From the NCBI GenBank assembly GCA_038204425.1, contig JBBRCZ010000007.1:75341-139340 (forward strand): 64,000 nucleotides of DNA, read 5' to 3'. Position 1 is the first letter of the stretch. Each line of letters begins with the position of its first letter. Shown here piece after piece: positions 1-8,521 of the stretch. This DNA is from Spirochaetia bacterium (GTDB lineage: Bacteria > Spirochaetota > Spirochaetia > DSM-27196 > Salinispiraceae). Under the pieces are notes generated by a model that did not search any database, was not told the origin of the DNA, and saw only the letters and a program-made list of their open reading frames with translations. Both the position numbers and the translations under genes were made by a program.

Positions 1-1090
1 CAAGCACGGCCGGATCCTCAAGCCTCATCAGACATTCGATTAACCTTTTGCCCAGTCGCAAAAAAACATCTTTAAGACTGGTGCGATCCTTGGGCAAAAG
101 CTGTCTAATTTCATCTACATGGGAAGAGCCAAGATCAGACGCCATAAAGCCAAGCCCGGCGCGACGCAAGACTAGGCCTTCTATTGATTGAGCCAAGTCG
201 TCAGTTCCACCAAAACCCAAGGGGGCGTAGTTTAGAAAAAAATCTGACAGGCTGGTCGTAGCAGCATCTTTGATCCTAAACAGTCTTTCTAGAATCAACG
301 CTTCATTGGCGCCGCGTGAGAAAAACTCTACTTCACGCAAACGAGAACGAAGGGTTGGTATAATTGATTGCGACTGGTCGGAAATCAGGATAAAGTAAAC
401 ATCTTTGGGTGGTTCTTCCAGGATTTTGAGTAGGCTGTTTCGTGAGGTCTCATTAAGCATCTCGGCCGATTCTATAATAATTACCTTTGGCGACTGACTG
501 TCGGCGGTGTGAGCCCAATAGGATAAGTGTCGGATCATGGCTGAGTTAATGCCATCTTGAGGCAATAAGTCCGTCAAGCTATCGCACATTGGGTAGACAG
601 CTTCAATCAAGCTTTTGCGTTGTTCAGCGTCCAAAGACCCTCGAGTTGGCGCTAAGGCATCAAGTGCCTCATCTAGCTTTTCTAGTATCTTAATGGCTTG
701 GGTGTATTTTTTATCATCTTGCCAGAGCATGCCATCAAATCGTCGCACCAGCTTACGCACCGCTCTCAAAAACAAAAAGCGCAAAGGTTCTCGGTCTTCG
801 GACATGAGACAAGCACCGCAGGCATGTATTTCTCTATAAAAGTAGCGACTACCAACCATTATCACATAGGGACTAAGTAGGTAGCGATTTTGGTTGCATG
901 AAACACAAGTGCACGACCATGGAGCTGTTGGCGTCTTGCAAGAGATAACTCGCGCAAACTCCGCAGCTGCGCTCAACTTACCGCTGTAAGGCGCACCATA
1001 AAAAAGCATACTCTGCGGTACTTTGGAACTAGTAATCAACTGCGACAGATTGTTGACTACACGTTCTTGAAATAAAATATTCTCAAACAC
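1..1090 (-). CDS. holB: DNA polymerase III delta' (HolB)-like clamp-loader subunit, 3'-truncated by the window edge
   Basis: Manual translation from GTG at 1090 (overlaps the cvpA stop): MFENILFQ...MLFYGAPYSGKLSAA (Walker A-like), Cys cluster C..W.CTCVSC, and KVIIIESAEMLNETSRNSLLKILEEPP...LRSRL. Absent from the ORF track because it runs off the edge. Confidence 0.85.
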   Translation of the reverse strand, partial: MFENILFQERVVNNLSQLITSSKVPQSMLFYGAPYSGKLSAAAEFARVISCKTPTAPWSCTCVSCNQNRYLLSPYVIMVGSRYFYREIHACGACLMSEDREPLRFLFLRAVRKLVRRFDGMLWQDDKKYTQAIKILEKLDEALDALAPTRGSLDAEQRKSLIEAVYPMCDSLTDLLPQDGINSAMIRHLSYWAHTADSQSPKVIIIESAEMLNETSRNSLLKILEEPPKDVYFILISDQSQSIIPTLRSRLREVEFFSRGANEALILERLFRIKDAATTSLSDFFLNYAPLGFGGTDDLAQSIEGLVLRRAGLGFMASDLGSSHVDEIRQLLPKDRTSLKDVFLRLGKRLIECLMRLEDPAVL

Positions 1091-1589
1091 TAACCACTCC
1101 ATCCACTAGGGCGTGAGCATCTGCCAAAAAAGGAGAAAGCAGTGTCCAAGTCCAAGAATCTGTCATAAAACTCTTAATTTCGGGATTGGGCAAGAGGCTT
1201 ACTACAACGATCAGGATAAAAACCAGAAGCAAACCTTCAACTATTCCAAGAAAAAACCCAAGAAAGTGGTCAAGAATAGTCAGATTAAATCCTTCTACGA
1301 TAGTCGTCAATGCATTGCGCAAAAGCAAGACCAGTAGGAAAACCACGGCAAAAATTACCACAAAAGCCAAGACTTGATTAAAGACGGAAGGCCCCCACCA
1401 CGACTCAATAAGACCCGCCAAAAGCCCAGAGAAGGCCATACCGGCGAGTGCGCCGCCGAGCAAAGTGGCGACAGCTAAAAACTCGCGCACAAAACCACGT
1501 AGAGCCGCACGTAAGGCAAAGATGGCTATTATAATCAAAGTAACTGTGTCTAAAGCGCCAATTCCTTGGCTTACGACGGCCGTCTCCAT
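1083..1589 (-). CDS. cvpA: CvpA (colicin V production) family membrane protein
   Basis: 4 TM helices; motifs LD..IIIAIFALRAALRGFVRE and LDHFLGFFLGIVEG; SD GGGAG upstream. Confidence 0.85.
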   Translation of the reverse strand: METAVVSQGIGALDTVTLIIIAIFALRAALRGFVREFLAVATLLGGALAGMAFSGLLAGLIESWWGPSVFNQVLAFVVIFAVVFLLVLLLRNALTTIVEGFNLTILDHFLGFFLGIVEGLLLVFILIVVVSLLPNPEIKSFMTDSWTWTLLSPFLADAHALVDGVVSV

Positions 1590-1592
1590 TGC

Positions 1593-3848
1593 TTATCTCC
1601 CTTTGCCTTCCATGAACCATGCCATAGCCACTGCTCCGAGCAAGGCTAGTACTGCGATGACCACAATTGTCGTACCGATTTCTAAGAAAAGCACCAAGCC
1701 TGCGGCTATAAGCGGCACTATCGCTGCATTTAATCGCTCAAGCAATTGAAAAACGGGCATCGATTCTAGGTTATTTCTAGAAGACCACGTAGGATAGGCA
1801 AAAAGAGCCTTGGTACTCAAGCCGTCTCCAAGCAGCGCGCTCAGACCGACGCACAAAACCGCCAATGCAATCGTTAGATTGTCCGGACTAAAAATCATGG
1901 CAAGCAAAGAAATACCGCACAAAAGATAGGCAGCCATCAAGAAGATACGTTCCTGTCGATAGCCTTCCAAACGACGTCTAACAATGGGACCTGCCATAGT
2001 AATCAAAGCGTATATGCTTAGAACACGAGCGATCAAAGCAAAATTAAGGCCAAGTCCGGTCATATAGACAGGAAAAATAAAGTAAAAGACCCCTGCGCTT
2101 GCCAACTGCAAGGGTAGCATAAGTCCGAGCAGTAACAACACCGCTGCTAGGCCTGATTTTCTCTTACCCCGTGCAAAGACTTGATCTCTTATGCCAATCA
2201 AATGCAAGCGCGTGCCGGCAAGTGGTCTCAAGACTATCAACAAGACATACAGGACGCCCATGGCGATTGTCGAAACCTGAAGTACCTGGCCGGGGCTAAA
2301 TCTTGAATAGGCTAGCACACCCATGCAAAGCCCAACAACTAGTCCAGACGAGAATCCAGTGCTAATTTGTCGTCTCCACAAGGTTCTAAGTCGTTCTGCA
2401 GCAGAATTGTCGCCTTCTTCTACGCCGTTTAGAGCCACGATTCCGCCATGAGCTAATCCGGCGATCAGGCGTGACAGCCCCAAAAGCAATCCGTTTTGAT
2501 AGCCCAACATACAAACGAAGGTGCCAATAAACGCTGCAAGTAAAGTGATTTCGGTGGCACGTTGAGCGTTGCTCAAGGCAGTCAGGCGTCGCATTAGCAA
2601 GCCCCCACCTGCAACCCCTACGAGATACAAACTCACCATACCCAAGCTTGCTTGTTCATTGGTCCAAGAAACCCCAAATGAGACAAAATTGACCACAAAA
2701 AAGAAGAAAACCAGCCCTCTCATTACTAAGAAACTGCGTACTTTGGGCGCCATTGAACGCTGCTTGGCCGCCCAGGTTAGAAGAAAACGTTCAGAAAATC
2801 TCCTAAATACTACTAAATGCAATTCTAGTGCGATGAGTATCGAAATTAGCACCAGGCTAAGTAGACCCAAAATCAATCCACTTTGATCTGCAAACTGCCG
2901 ATCAGCTTGCAGATCAACAGCCAAGTAAGCGACGGCAGCGCCGTCAATGCTTAGCTCTTTGACTATAGATTTTGCATCATTGTGGAAGACTTGGCGCTCG
3001 ATCGGTAAAGTTGAATCTGAACTAAAAAGAATTCGCTTATCGGGATCCAAAACATAGACAAGGGTTGAATCTGCGGCTTCTCCCAAACGTAAGGCAAAAT
3101 CCTTGTCGGCGCCAAACCACTCGGACGGCAAGATGCCGTAGTCTAAGAGTTTCTGATAGGTCTCAGAAATCCTTTGGACAATGAACTGCTTGTTGCTGTT
3201 TTGAACCAAAGTAAGATCTGTTTGCATGGCGACCAGCACCAACACAGCAAAAACCAATTGGCCAACCACGATGGCGCCAACTAAACTACGCCTACGCTTT
3301 TTCTGGCCAATTGAAGGCCATAGCCACAAAAAGACACAGCTCACCACAATAATTACCAGCACCGCACTTGCAGTATGTATGGCAAACAGCTGCTTGAGTA
3401 TTGTGTTTTGCTCAATTAAAAACGCTGCTTCTAAAGTTCCGCCACCTGCAAGTTTAAGTGCTATGATCTGCTCCGGCGCCTGTACTGGCGCTTCAGATTG
3501 TACTGCGTCTTTGATTGCCCTTGGGTCAATAAATTCTTGCTGGGCTTTTTCGTCTTGGTCAAAAAGGCTAAGTTTGGCCAAACCGGGCTCTAAATACTTA
3601 ATTTGCAAAAAAAGTCCGGTCAAGTCGCTTTTTTCTCTATTCTTGAGCCGCGCTTGTGCAGAAAAATCGAGGTCCTCAAGCGCCGATGAAACGGCAAACT
3701 TGAGCCGAATTGCGGACACTCGCTCAATTTCTGTCCAGTAAACCGACTGAACCATAAACATCTGACTAACTAGACCCGCCGCCAGCACAAAAAATCCAAA
3801 GAGCAAGGCAACAGATCGACTTTTGAGCTCTTGCTTCTTTTCAGTCAT
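1593..3848 (-). CDS. Large membrane protein: N-terminal periplasmic/sensor-like segments fused to an MFS-like C-terminal domain
   Basis: 751 aa. The first ~350 aa have a few TMs around two soluble loops; the rest is ~12 hydrophobic segments with MFS-like LSRLIAGLAHG and LERLNAAIVPLIAAGL. Confidence 0.6.
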   Translation of the reverse strand: MTEKKQELKSRSVALLFGFFVLAAGLVSQMFMVQSVYWTEIERVSAIRLKFAVSSALEDLDFSAQARLKNREKSDLTGLFLQIKYLEPGLAKLSLFDQDEKAQQEFIDPRAIKDAVQSEAPVQAPEQIIALKLAGGGTLEAAFLIEQNTILKQLFAIHTASAVLVIIVVSCVFLWLWPSIGQKKRRRSLVGAIVVGQLVFAVLVLVAMQTDLTLVQNSNKQFIVQRISETYQKLLDYGILPSEWFGADKDFALRLGEAADSTLVYVLDPDKRILFSSDSTLPIERQVFHNDAKSIVKELSIDGAAVAYLAVDLQADRQFADQSGLILGLLSLVLISILIALELHLVVFRRFSERFLLTWAAKQRSMAPKVRSFLVMRGLVFFFFVVNFVSFGVSWTNEQASLGMVSLYLVGVAGGGLLMRRLTALSNAQRATEITLLAAFIGTFVCMLGYQNGLLLGLSRLIAGLAHGGIVALNGVEEGDNSAAERLRTLWRRQISTGFSSGLVVGLCMGVLAYSRFSPGQVLQVSTIAMGVLYVLLIVLRPLAGTRLHLIGIRDQVFARGKRKSGLAAVLLLLGLMLPLQLASAGVFYFIFPVYMTGLGLNFALIARVLSIYALITMAGPIVRRRLEGYRQERIFLMAAYLLCGISLLAMIFSPDNLTIALAVLCVGLSALLGDGLSTKALFAYPTWSSRNNLESMPVFQLLERLNAAIVPLIAAGLVLFLEIGTTIVVIAVLALLGAVAMAWFMEGKGR

Positions 3849-4945
3849 GGCTGCGCCACCGTTCTTTTACTGCTTGGTCGCGGTAGAGTCTCCCGTAAGC
3901 CAATAACACTTTCGGCCGCAAGAATAAACGTTATAGGGGTCTTTACATCACAAAGACGCAGGTTGTTGAGATTTATCGAAAAACGCCAGTCTACGTCGCC
4001 AGAAAACGCGGCTTGAAAACGGTCGTTTTCTATGCCAATCTTTTCCAAAAGGTCGCCTGCATGGAGCACCTTAAGCTCATGTTTGGAGCCAATGCGTATA
4101 GACGCTGCTGCGCCAAAATAAAGTAGTTCTGTTTGGTTAAAGGCGAACACAGGCTTTTTTGCTGACAAAAGCACTTGACTTAAGAGCTTAGCCGACGGCA
4201 ACCATTTGTCGGTGTCTATCAAGAGGTAGGCGTCACTCTCAAAAGCCGCGCTATTTTTGATTAGAAGCTCGGGGCCGAGATCGCTATGGTCACGATCCGA
4301 GCTTACGATAGCGATAGTGGGCAGGGCAAGGGATTGCTTGAGATGGTCAACTATGTTTTGGCTGGAGCGAAAAAGCACGTCATTATAGTTTTGCTTGTTG
4401 GCACTTTCTGTGACCTCAAAAATAGGTGGCAGTGCACGAGGTGTTGTGGTTTTAAGCAGGTCTGCGTCGCCAAGAACCAACAAGGCATCGAGCTCTTGGC
4501 GCTGGTTTGTACAGCGCTTCAAGAAGCTAGACAAAGCCAAGGGCTCTGAGCTTAAGTCCAGATAATATAATTGACTAAAGACCAACTGGGGTCCACGTTC
4601 TATGCTCGTACCGGCCGCTTCAAAGAGTGTTTGGCTAAGTGTTTTATAGTTGCTCATTGGAAGCGAATAGTGATCAAAAGCAAAGTAACCAAGCTCTCCC
4701 AAACCAAACAAAAGGTTTTGTAATGCCTCAAAGGCCACTTGGTCTGAGTCTGCCTTTATCAGCGCAAATCTTAGCGGTCTTTTTGGCACCTTCTGATCAA
4801 TAAAAGATTTCTCAGTGGGCAGGGTTGAGCCTTGCACAGAGGCCTGTTGAGTTTCAAAACACGCACCCAAAAAAAGACATGCCACGGATAAAGTCGCTAG
4901 GTTGATACCTGCCCAGCCGACAGGTGCCAACGCTCGTAGTCCCAT
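3845..4945 (-). CDS. Putative lipoprotein, substrate-binding-protein-like (ABC_sub_bind/YfiR-like C-terminus)
   Basis: Preferred start ATG 4945 overlaps the murG stop (TAATG). Lipobox FLGAC. C-terminal FSINLNNLRLCDVKTPITFILAAESVI resembles the ABC_sub_bind tail. Confidence 0.55.
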   Translation of the reverse strand: MGLRALAPVGWAGINLATLSVACLFLGACFETQQASVQGSTLPTEKSFIDQKVPKRPLRFALIKADSDQVAFEALQNLLFGLGELGYFAFDHYSLPMSNYKTLSQTLFEAAGTSIERGPQLVFSQLYYLDLSSEPLALSSFLKRCTNQRQELDALLVLGDADLLKTTTPRALPPIFEVTESANKQNYNDVLFRSSQNIVDHLKQSLALPTIAIVSSDRDHSDLGPELLIKNSAAFESDAYLLIDTDKWLPSAKLLSQVLLSAKKPVFAFNQTELLYFGAAASIRIGSKHELKVLHAGDLLEKIGIENDRFQAAFSGDVDWRFSINLNNLRLCDVKTPITFILAAESVIGLRETLPRPSSKRTVAQP

Positions 4946-6048
4946 TATGATTGCCGCTCGGCAATCGTCTCGAGCACTAGCTTGGCTATATTTTTTGCCG
5001 CTGAGGGTATATAAATTGAGGCCCATGCTGAGGCCATGCGAGCGCGCCGCTCTTTGTTGTGAGCTAGGTCAATTAAGGTGGCTACAAGTTGACGGTCATC
5101 TGCGGCCGGATCTGGTAAAAGTTGAAATAGTTCGCAAGCCCCAGCGCTGACACACAATTGGGCATTGAGTAGCTGGTCACCACGGCTGCCTCTGGTGAGT
5201 GGCACAAGCACGGCCGGTATAGAACGGGCGGCCAACTCCCAAATGCTACCTGCGCCGGCGCGACTAAGAACTAGGTCTGCACTGGCGAGCACATCTGCGT
5301 AGTTTTGGCTAAAAAAGTCTCGCCTAAAATAAGCTGCATCGATATCGATCACATTTTCTTGCATGCTTCCGCTCTGATGGACAATGCGATAGTGTTGCAA
5401 GAGCACCTGCAAATGATTGTTGACAATTTGGTTTATTTGGCGCGCGCCGAGGCTGCCACCTTGGACAAACAAAACAGGTTTGTCGCTAGGCAAATCACTA
5501 AAGCCCACGGCGCTTAGTCCACGCTGCCGTTGCCCAAGAAAAATCTCTTTTCTGACAGGGTTACCGGTTAGTATTGCTTTGTTGGCGGGATAGTGGGACA
5601 AACTGGCGCTATAGGGTACACATACCTTTGAAGACCAACGCAGATTGAGGCGGGTTGCTAGTCCTGGATCGCTATCTGACTCATGGCTTATAACTGCTAT
5701 GCCCAAGAGACCTGCTGCAAGCACGGGTGGCACACTAACATAGCCGCCTTTAGAAAAGACTATCACTGGCTTAAGCTTGCGCAGGACAGCAATAGAACGA
5801 AAAATACCGGCCAGGGTTTTAAAGACGTCTATGATGTTTTCTAATGATAGGTAGCGTCGTAGTTTGCCGGTTGGAATGCCAATAAAGCGGATTCCCCAGC
5901 GGCGCACCAGTTGGCGTTCTATACCTTTGGTGCTACCTATCCAGACCAAGTCATAAATGCCAAGAGCGGCAAGTTCTTCGGCAAGAGCAAGAGCAGGAAA
6001 TACATGGCCACCGGTACCGCCACCGGTAATGACAATAATTGGCTTCAT
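4945..6048 (-). CDS. murG: MurG, lipid II N-acetylglucosaminyltransferase
   Basis: GGGTGGHVFP, KGGYVSVP, HESD, TGNPVR, GGSLGA, SRAGAG and DQLLNA motifs; start placed at MKPII (6048). Confidence 0.95.
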   Translation of the reverse strand: MKPIIVITGGGTGGHVFPALALAEELAALGIYDLVWIGSTKGIERQLVRRWGIRFIGIPTGKLRRYLSLENIIDVFKTLAGIFRSIAVLRKLKPVIVFSKGGYVSVPPVLAAGLLGIAVISHESDSDPGLATRLNLRWSSKVCVPYSASLSHYPANKAILTGNPVRKEIFLGQRQRGLSAVGFSDLPSDKPVLFVQGGSLGARQINQIVNNHLQVLLQHYRIVHQSGSMQENVIDIDAAYFRRDFFSQNYADVLASADLVLSRAGAGSIWELAARSIPAVLVPLTRGSRGDQLLNAQLCVSAGACELFQLLPDPAADDRQLVATLIDLAHNKERRARMASAWASIYIPSAAKNIAKLVLETIAERQS

Positions 6049-6066
6049 AACTATACTTAGGTTATC

Positions 6067-6966
6067 ATGATTCATACAACTGCGTCTAAAGCTCAAGCTT
6101 TAAAAAACGGCCGATTGCTAGCAATTGCACTTACTTGCTTTCTCTTGTTGGCACCGAGTCTGGCTGCGGACTTGTCTGCACAGAATAGAGCCGGTCCTTC
6201 CACAAGACCAGCTTACCTACTGCCCGATGCTGCGCTGGCAGATAGTCTCTCTTTGAGCGCCAGTAACAGAGACAGTTTTTTGCGTACTGGGCAGGTGATG
6301 GTTCTGTATGACGATCAACCAAGCACTGTTTTGTCTCCCAATCCCGGGCGCAACAAAGCCATCTACCAAGACATGAAGAAGGTAGGCCCAAGTTTGGGTA
6401 TGGAATTGCTGGCGGCCTATCCCATGCCAAAAAAGCTAGCCCAGGCAAGCAACCGCGAGCTCTTGATCTACACGCAACTTCAGCAGTTTAAAAGTATGGA
6501 AGGCATCACCTATTGGTCAGCTAGTCGCGCCGAAAATCGCGTGTTCTATATTCGATCTAGTCTTGTGGACAACCCTAGCCAACGCAGGCCACTGCAGGAC
6601 CCGGTGCCCAAGTCCATCGAAGCAGTCAAAACAGCTTGGCTCTTGCAAGAGGACTCGTCTTTTGGCAACAACCTTTACAGCATGCGCATTCAGGCTCCCG
6701 AGCCAGGCTACCTCGAGCTGGACTTGCTCAACTGGGAGCAGATTTGGTACGGTATAGCACCAGTTTTGGGACCACAGGGTTTGATTTGCAAAATATCAAT
6801 CAGCATGCGCGGGCAGTATCTGCTATTCTATGGCAACACAGCCATCAATGCGGCCCGTGTTTTTGGCTTGGACGAAAAAGCGCGCACAAGCTATACCAAC
6901 CGTATGCTGGCGCTTTTTTGGTGGTTTTGTGGACGTTTGGAGATTCAGGAAAGCCAATTGCCCTAG
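6067..6966 (+). CDS. Exported protein of unknown function
   Basis: 299-aa ORF with a signal-peptide-like segment (LLAIALTCFLLLAPSLAA); SMEGITYWSASR recalls conserved spirochaete hypothetical proteins. Confidence 0.7.
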   Translation: MIHTTASKAQALKNGRLLAIALTCFLLLAPSLAADLSAQNRAGPSTRPAYLLPDAALADSLSLSASNRDSFLRTGQVMVLYDDQPSTVLSPNPGRNKAIYQDMKKVGPSLGMELLAAYPMPKKLAQASNRELLIYTQLQQFKSMEGITYWSASRAENRVFYIRSSLVDNPSQRRPLQDPVPKSIEAVKTAWLLQEDSSFGNNLYSMRIQAPEPGYLELDLLNWEQIWYGIAPVLGPQGLICKISISMRGQYLLFYGNTAINAARVFGLDEKARTSYTNRMLALFWWFCGRLEIQESQLP

Positions 6967-6990
6967 TTCTTCTGACGGCTTGTTCACGAT

Positions 6991-7033
6991 CTGACCAAAT
7001 TTTCACCAATTTTTAACAAATGACGCCCACTAT
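6991..7033 (+). promoter_or_regulatory. Candidate Pho box and -10 element upstream of phoU
   Basis: Hexamers CTGACC (6991), TTCACC (7002) and TTAACA (7013) at exact 11-bp spacing, then CACTAT at 7028-7033. Confidence 0.6.
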
Positions 7034-7092
7034 TGGCCAAACAAGGATCAGCCAAGGGCCAGCGCCACCAACAAGAAAAGGATGTCACTTTT

Positions 7093-7752
7093 ATGGAAAC
7101 ACGTCAGAGATTTTCCCATCAGATGGCAGACGTATACCAAGTCTTGCTTAGGATGGGTGCCTTGGTAGAAGAAGCTCTCTACAAGGCCCTGACGGCTGCC
7201 AAGCTGCATGACAAGGAACTGGCCGATGAGGTAATCAACAAAGACTACTTGATCAACGAATGTCAGTATCAAATTGAAGATAAGTGCACGCTCATTATTG
7301 CTACTGAGCAGCCAGTCGCCAGTGATTTGCGAGAATTGATTACTTTAATAAAAATAGTCAGTGACCTGGAACGTATTGGCGACCATGCCAGGCATTTGGC
7401 AAAAATCGTGCATAGCGTTAGAGAAAGCCTCTTGCTTAAGTTTTTGCCCAACATTATTGAGATGACCGAGCACGGCATTCAGATGGTGCATCTGTCGCTC
7501 AACGCCTTAGTCAACAAAGACTCCCAACAGGCTACGGTTGTTGCCAAAATGGATGCCCACCTCGACCATATGCATGAACAGTGTTTTTTAAAAATAGTCG
7601 CCGTGATGAAGGAATCTCCTGAACAAGTAGAGGAAGGAACCTCTCTAATTTTTCTCAACCGCTTCTTAGAAAGACTCGGCGACCATGTAACCAATATTTG
7701 TGAATGGATTGTGTATGCCAGAACGGGCAAACACACTGAGCTGAACGACTGA
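7093..7752 (+). CDS. phoU: Phosphate signalling protein PhoU
   Basis: IATEQPVASDLR, SDLERIGDHA and FLERLGDHVTNICEW motifs; ATG 7093 follows AAGGA. Confidence 0.95.
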   Translation: METRQRFSHQMADVYQVLLRMGALVEEALYKALTAAKLHDKELADEVINKDYLINECQYQIEDKCTLIIATEQPVASDLRELITLIKIVSDLERIGDHARHLAKIVHSVRESLLLKFLPNIIEMTEHGIQMVHLSLNALVNKDSQQATVVAKMDAHLDHMHEQCFLKIVAVMKESPEQVEEGTSLIFLNRFLERLGDHVTNICEWIVYARTGKHTELND

Positions 7753-7765
7753 AAGGCGGGCGACT

Positions 7766-8515
7766 ATGTCAAACAAACTTATTGTTGTAATTGATGATGA
7801 AGCAGATCTCTTAGAACTGATTCGTTACAATTTTGAGCAGGAAGGTTATCAGGTTATGACTGCCGAAAACGGCGAGAGTGGACTTGCTTTGGTTCAATCG
7901 CTGGCGGCCAAAACGCCTCCGGCCTGCATTTTGCTTGACCTGATGCTACCGGGTATGGATGGCATGAGTGTCTGTCGCAAACTCAAGGCCAAGGAACTTA
8001 CCCAATCGATTCCGGTAGTAATGTTGACTGCCAAGGGATCAGAATCAGACATTGTTGCTGGCTTGGAGCTCGGCGCCGATGACTATGTTAGCAAACCATT
8101 TAGCACCAAGATTTTAGTAGCTCGCGTCCGAAGCGCAATTAGGCGTCAAGAAGATCGCGCTGATCAAGAACAGCAAGCGCCCTTAAGTCGCCCGAGCGAA
8201 GACAGTCAAGAGAACCAAACTCAGCTTGTGGTCGGACTTATCAAAATGGACCTGGCTCGGCATCAAGTCTGGGCGGCCAATCACGAGGTCGAACTATCTG
8301 CAACCGAGTTTATGATACTCGAATTTTTGGCCCGCAATCCAGGTTGGGTTTTTAGCAGAGCACGCATCATCGATGGCATTCGTGGCAAAGACTACCCAGT
8401 AACCGAACGATCGGTAGATGTGCAAGTCTTGGGGCTGCGCAAGAAACTCGGCCCAGCCGGTGGACAGTTGCAAACTATCCGCGGTGTTGGCTATCGACTG
8501 CAAGACAGCGTATAG
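7766..8515 (+). CDS. phoB: OmpR/PhoB-family response regulator (PhoB/PhoP)
   Basis: REC domain (IDDE, LLDLMLPGMDG, GADDYVSKPF) plus winged helix (RSVDVQV, IRGVGY); lies between phoU and a kinase. Confidence 0.88.
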   Translation: MSNKLIVVIDDEADLLELIRYNFEQEGYQVMTAENGESGLALVQSLAAKTPPACILLDLMLPGMDGMSVCRKLKAKELTQSIPVVMLTAKGSESDIVAGLELGADDYVSKPFSTKILVARVRSAIRRQEDRADQEQQAPLSRPSEDSQENQTQLVVGLIKMDLARHQVWAANHEVELSATEFMILEFLARNPGWVFSRARIIDGIRGKDYPVTERSVDVQVLGLRKKLGPAGGQLQTIRGVGYRLQDSV

Positions 8516-8521
8516 TCCTTA

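Noticed and set aside
4946..5026. Upstream ATG for the SBP-like lipoprotein as given in the ORF track
   Set aside because: Would overlap murG by 82 bp; ATG 4945 gives TAATG coupling and a better signal peptide.
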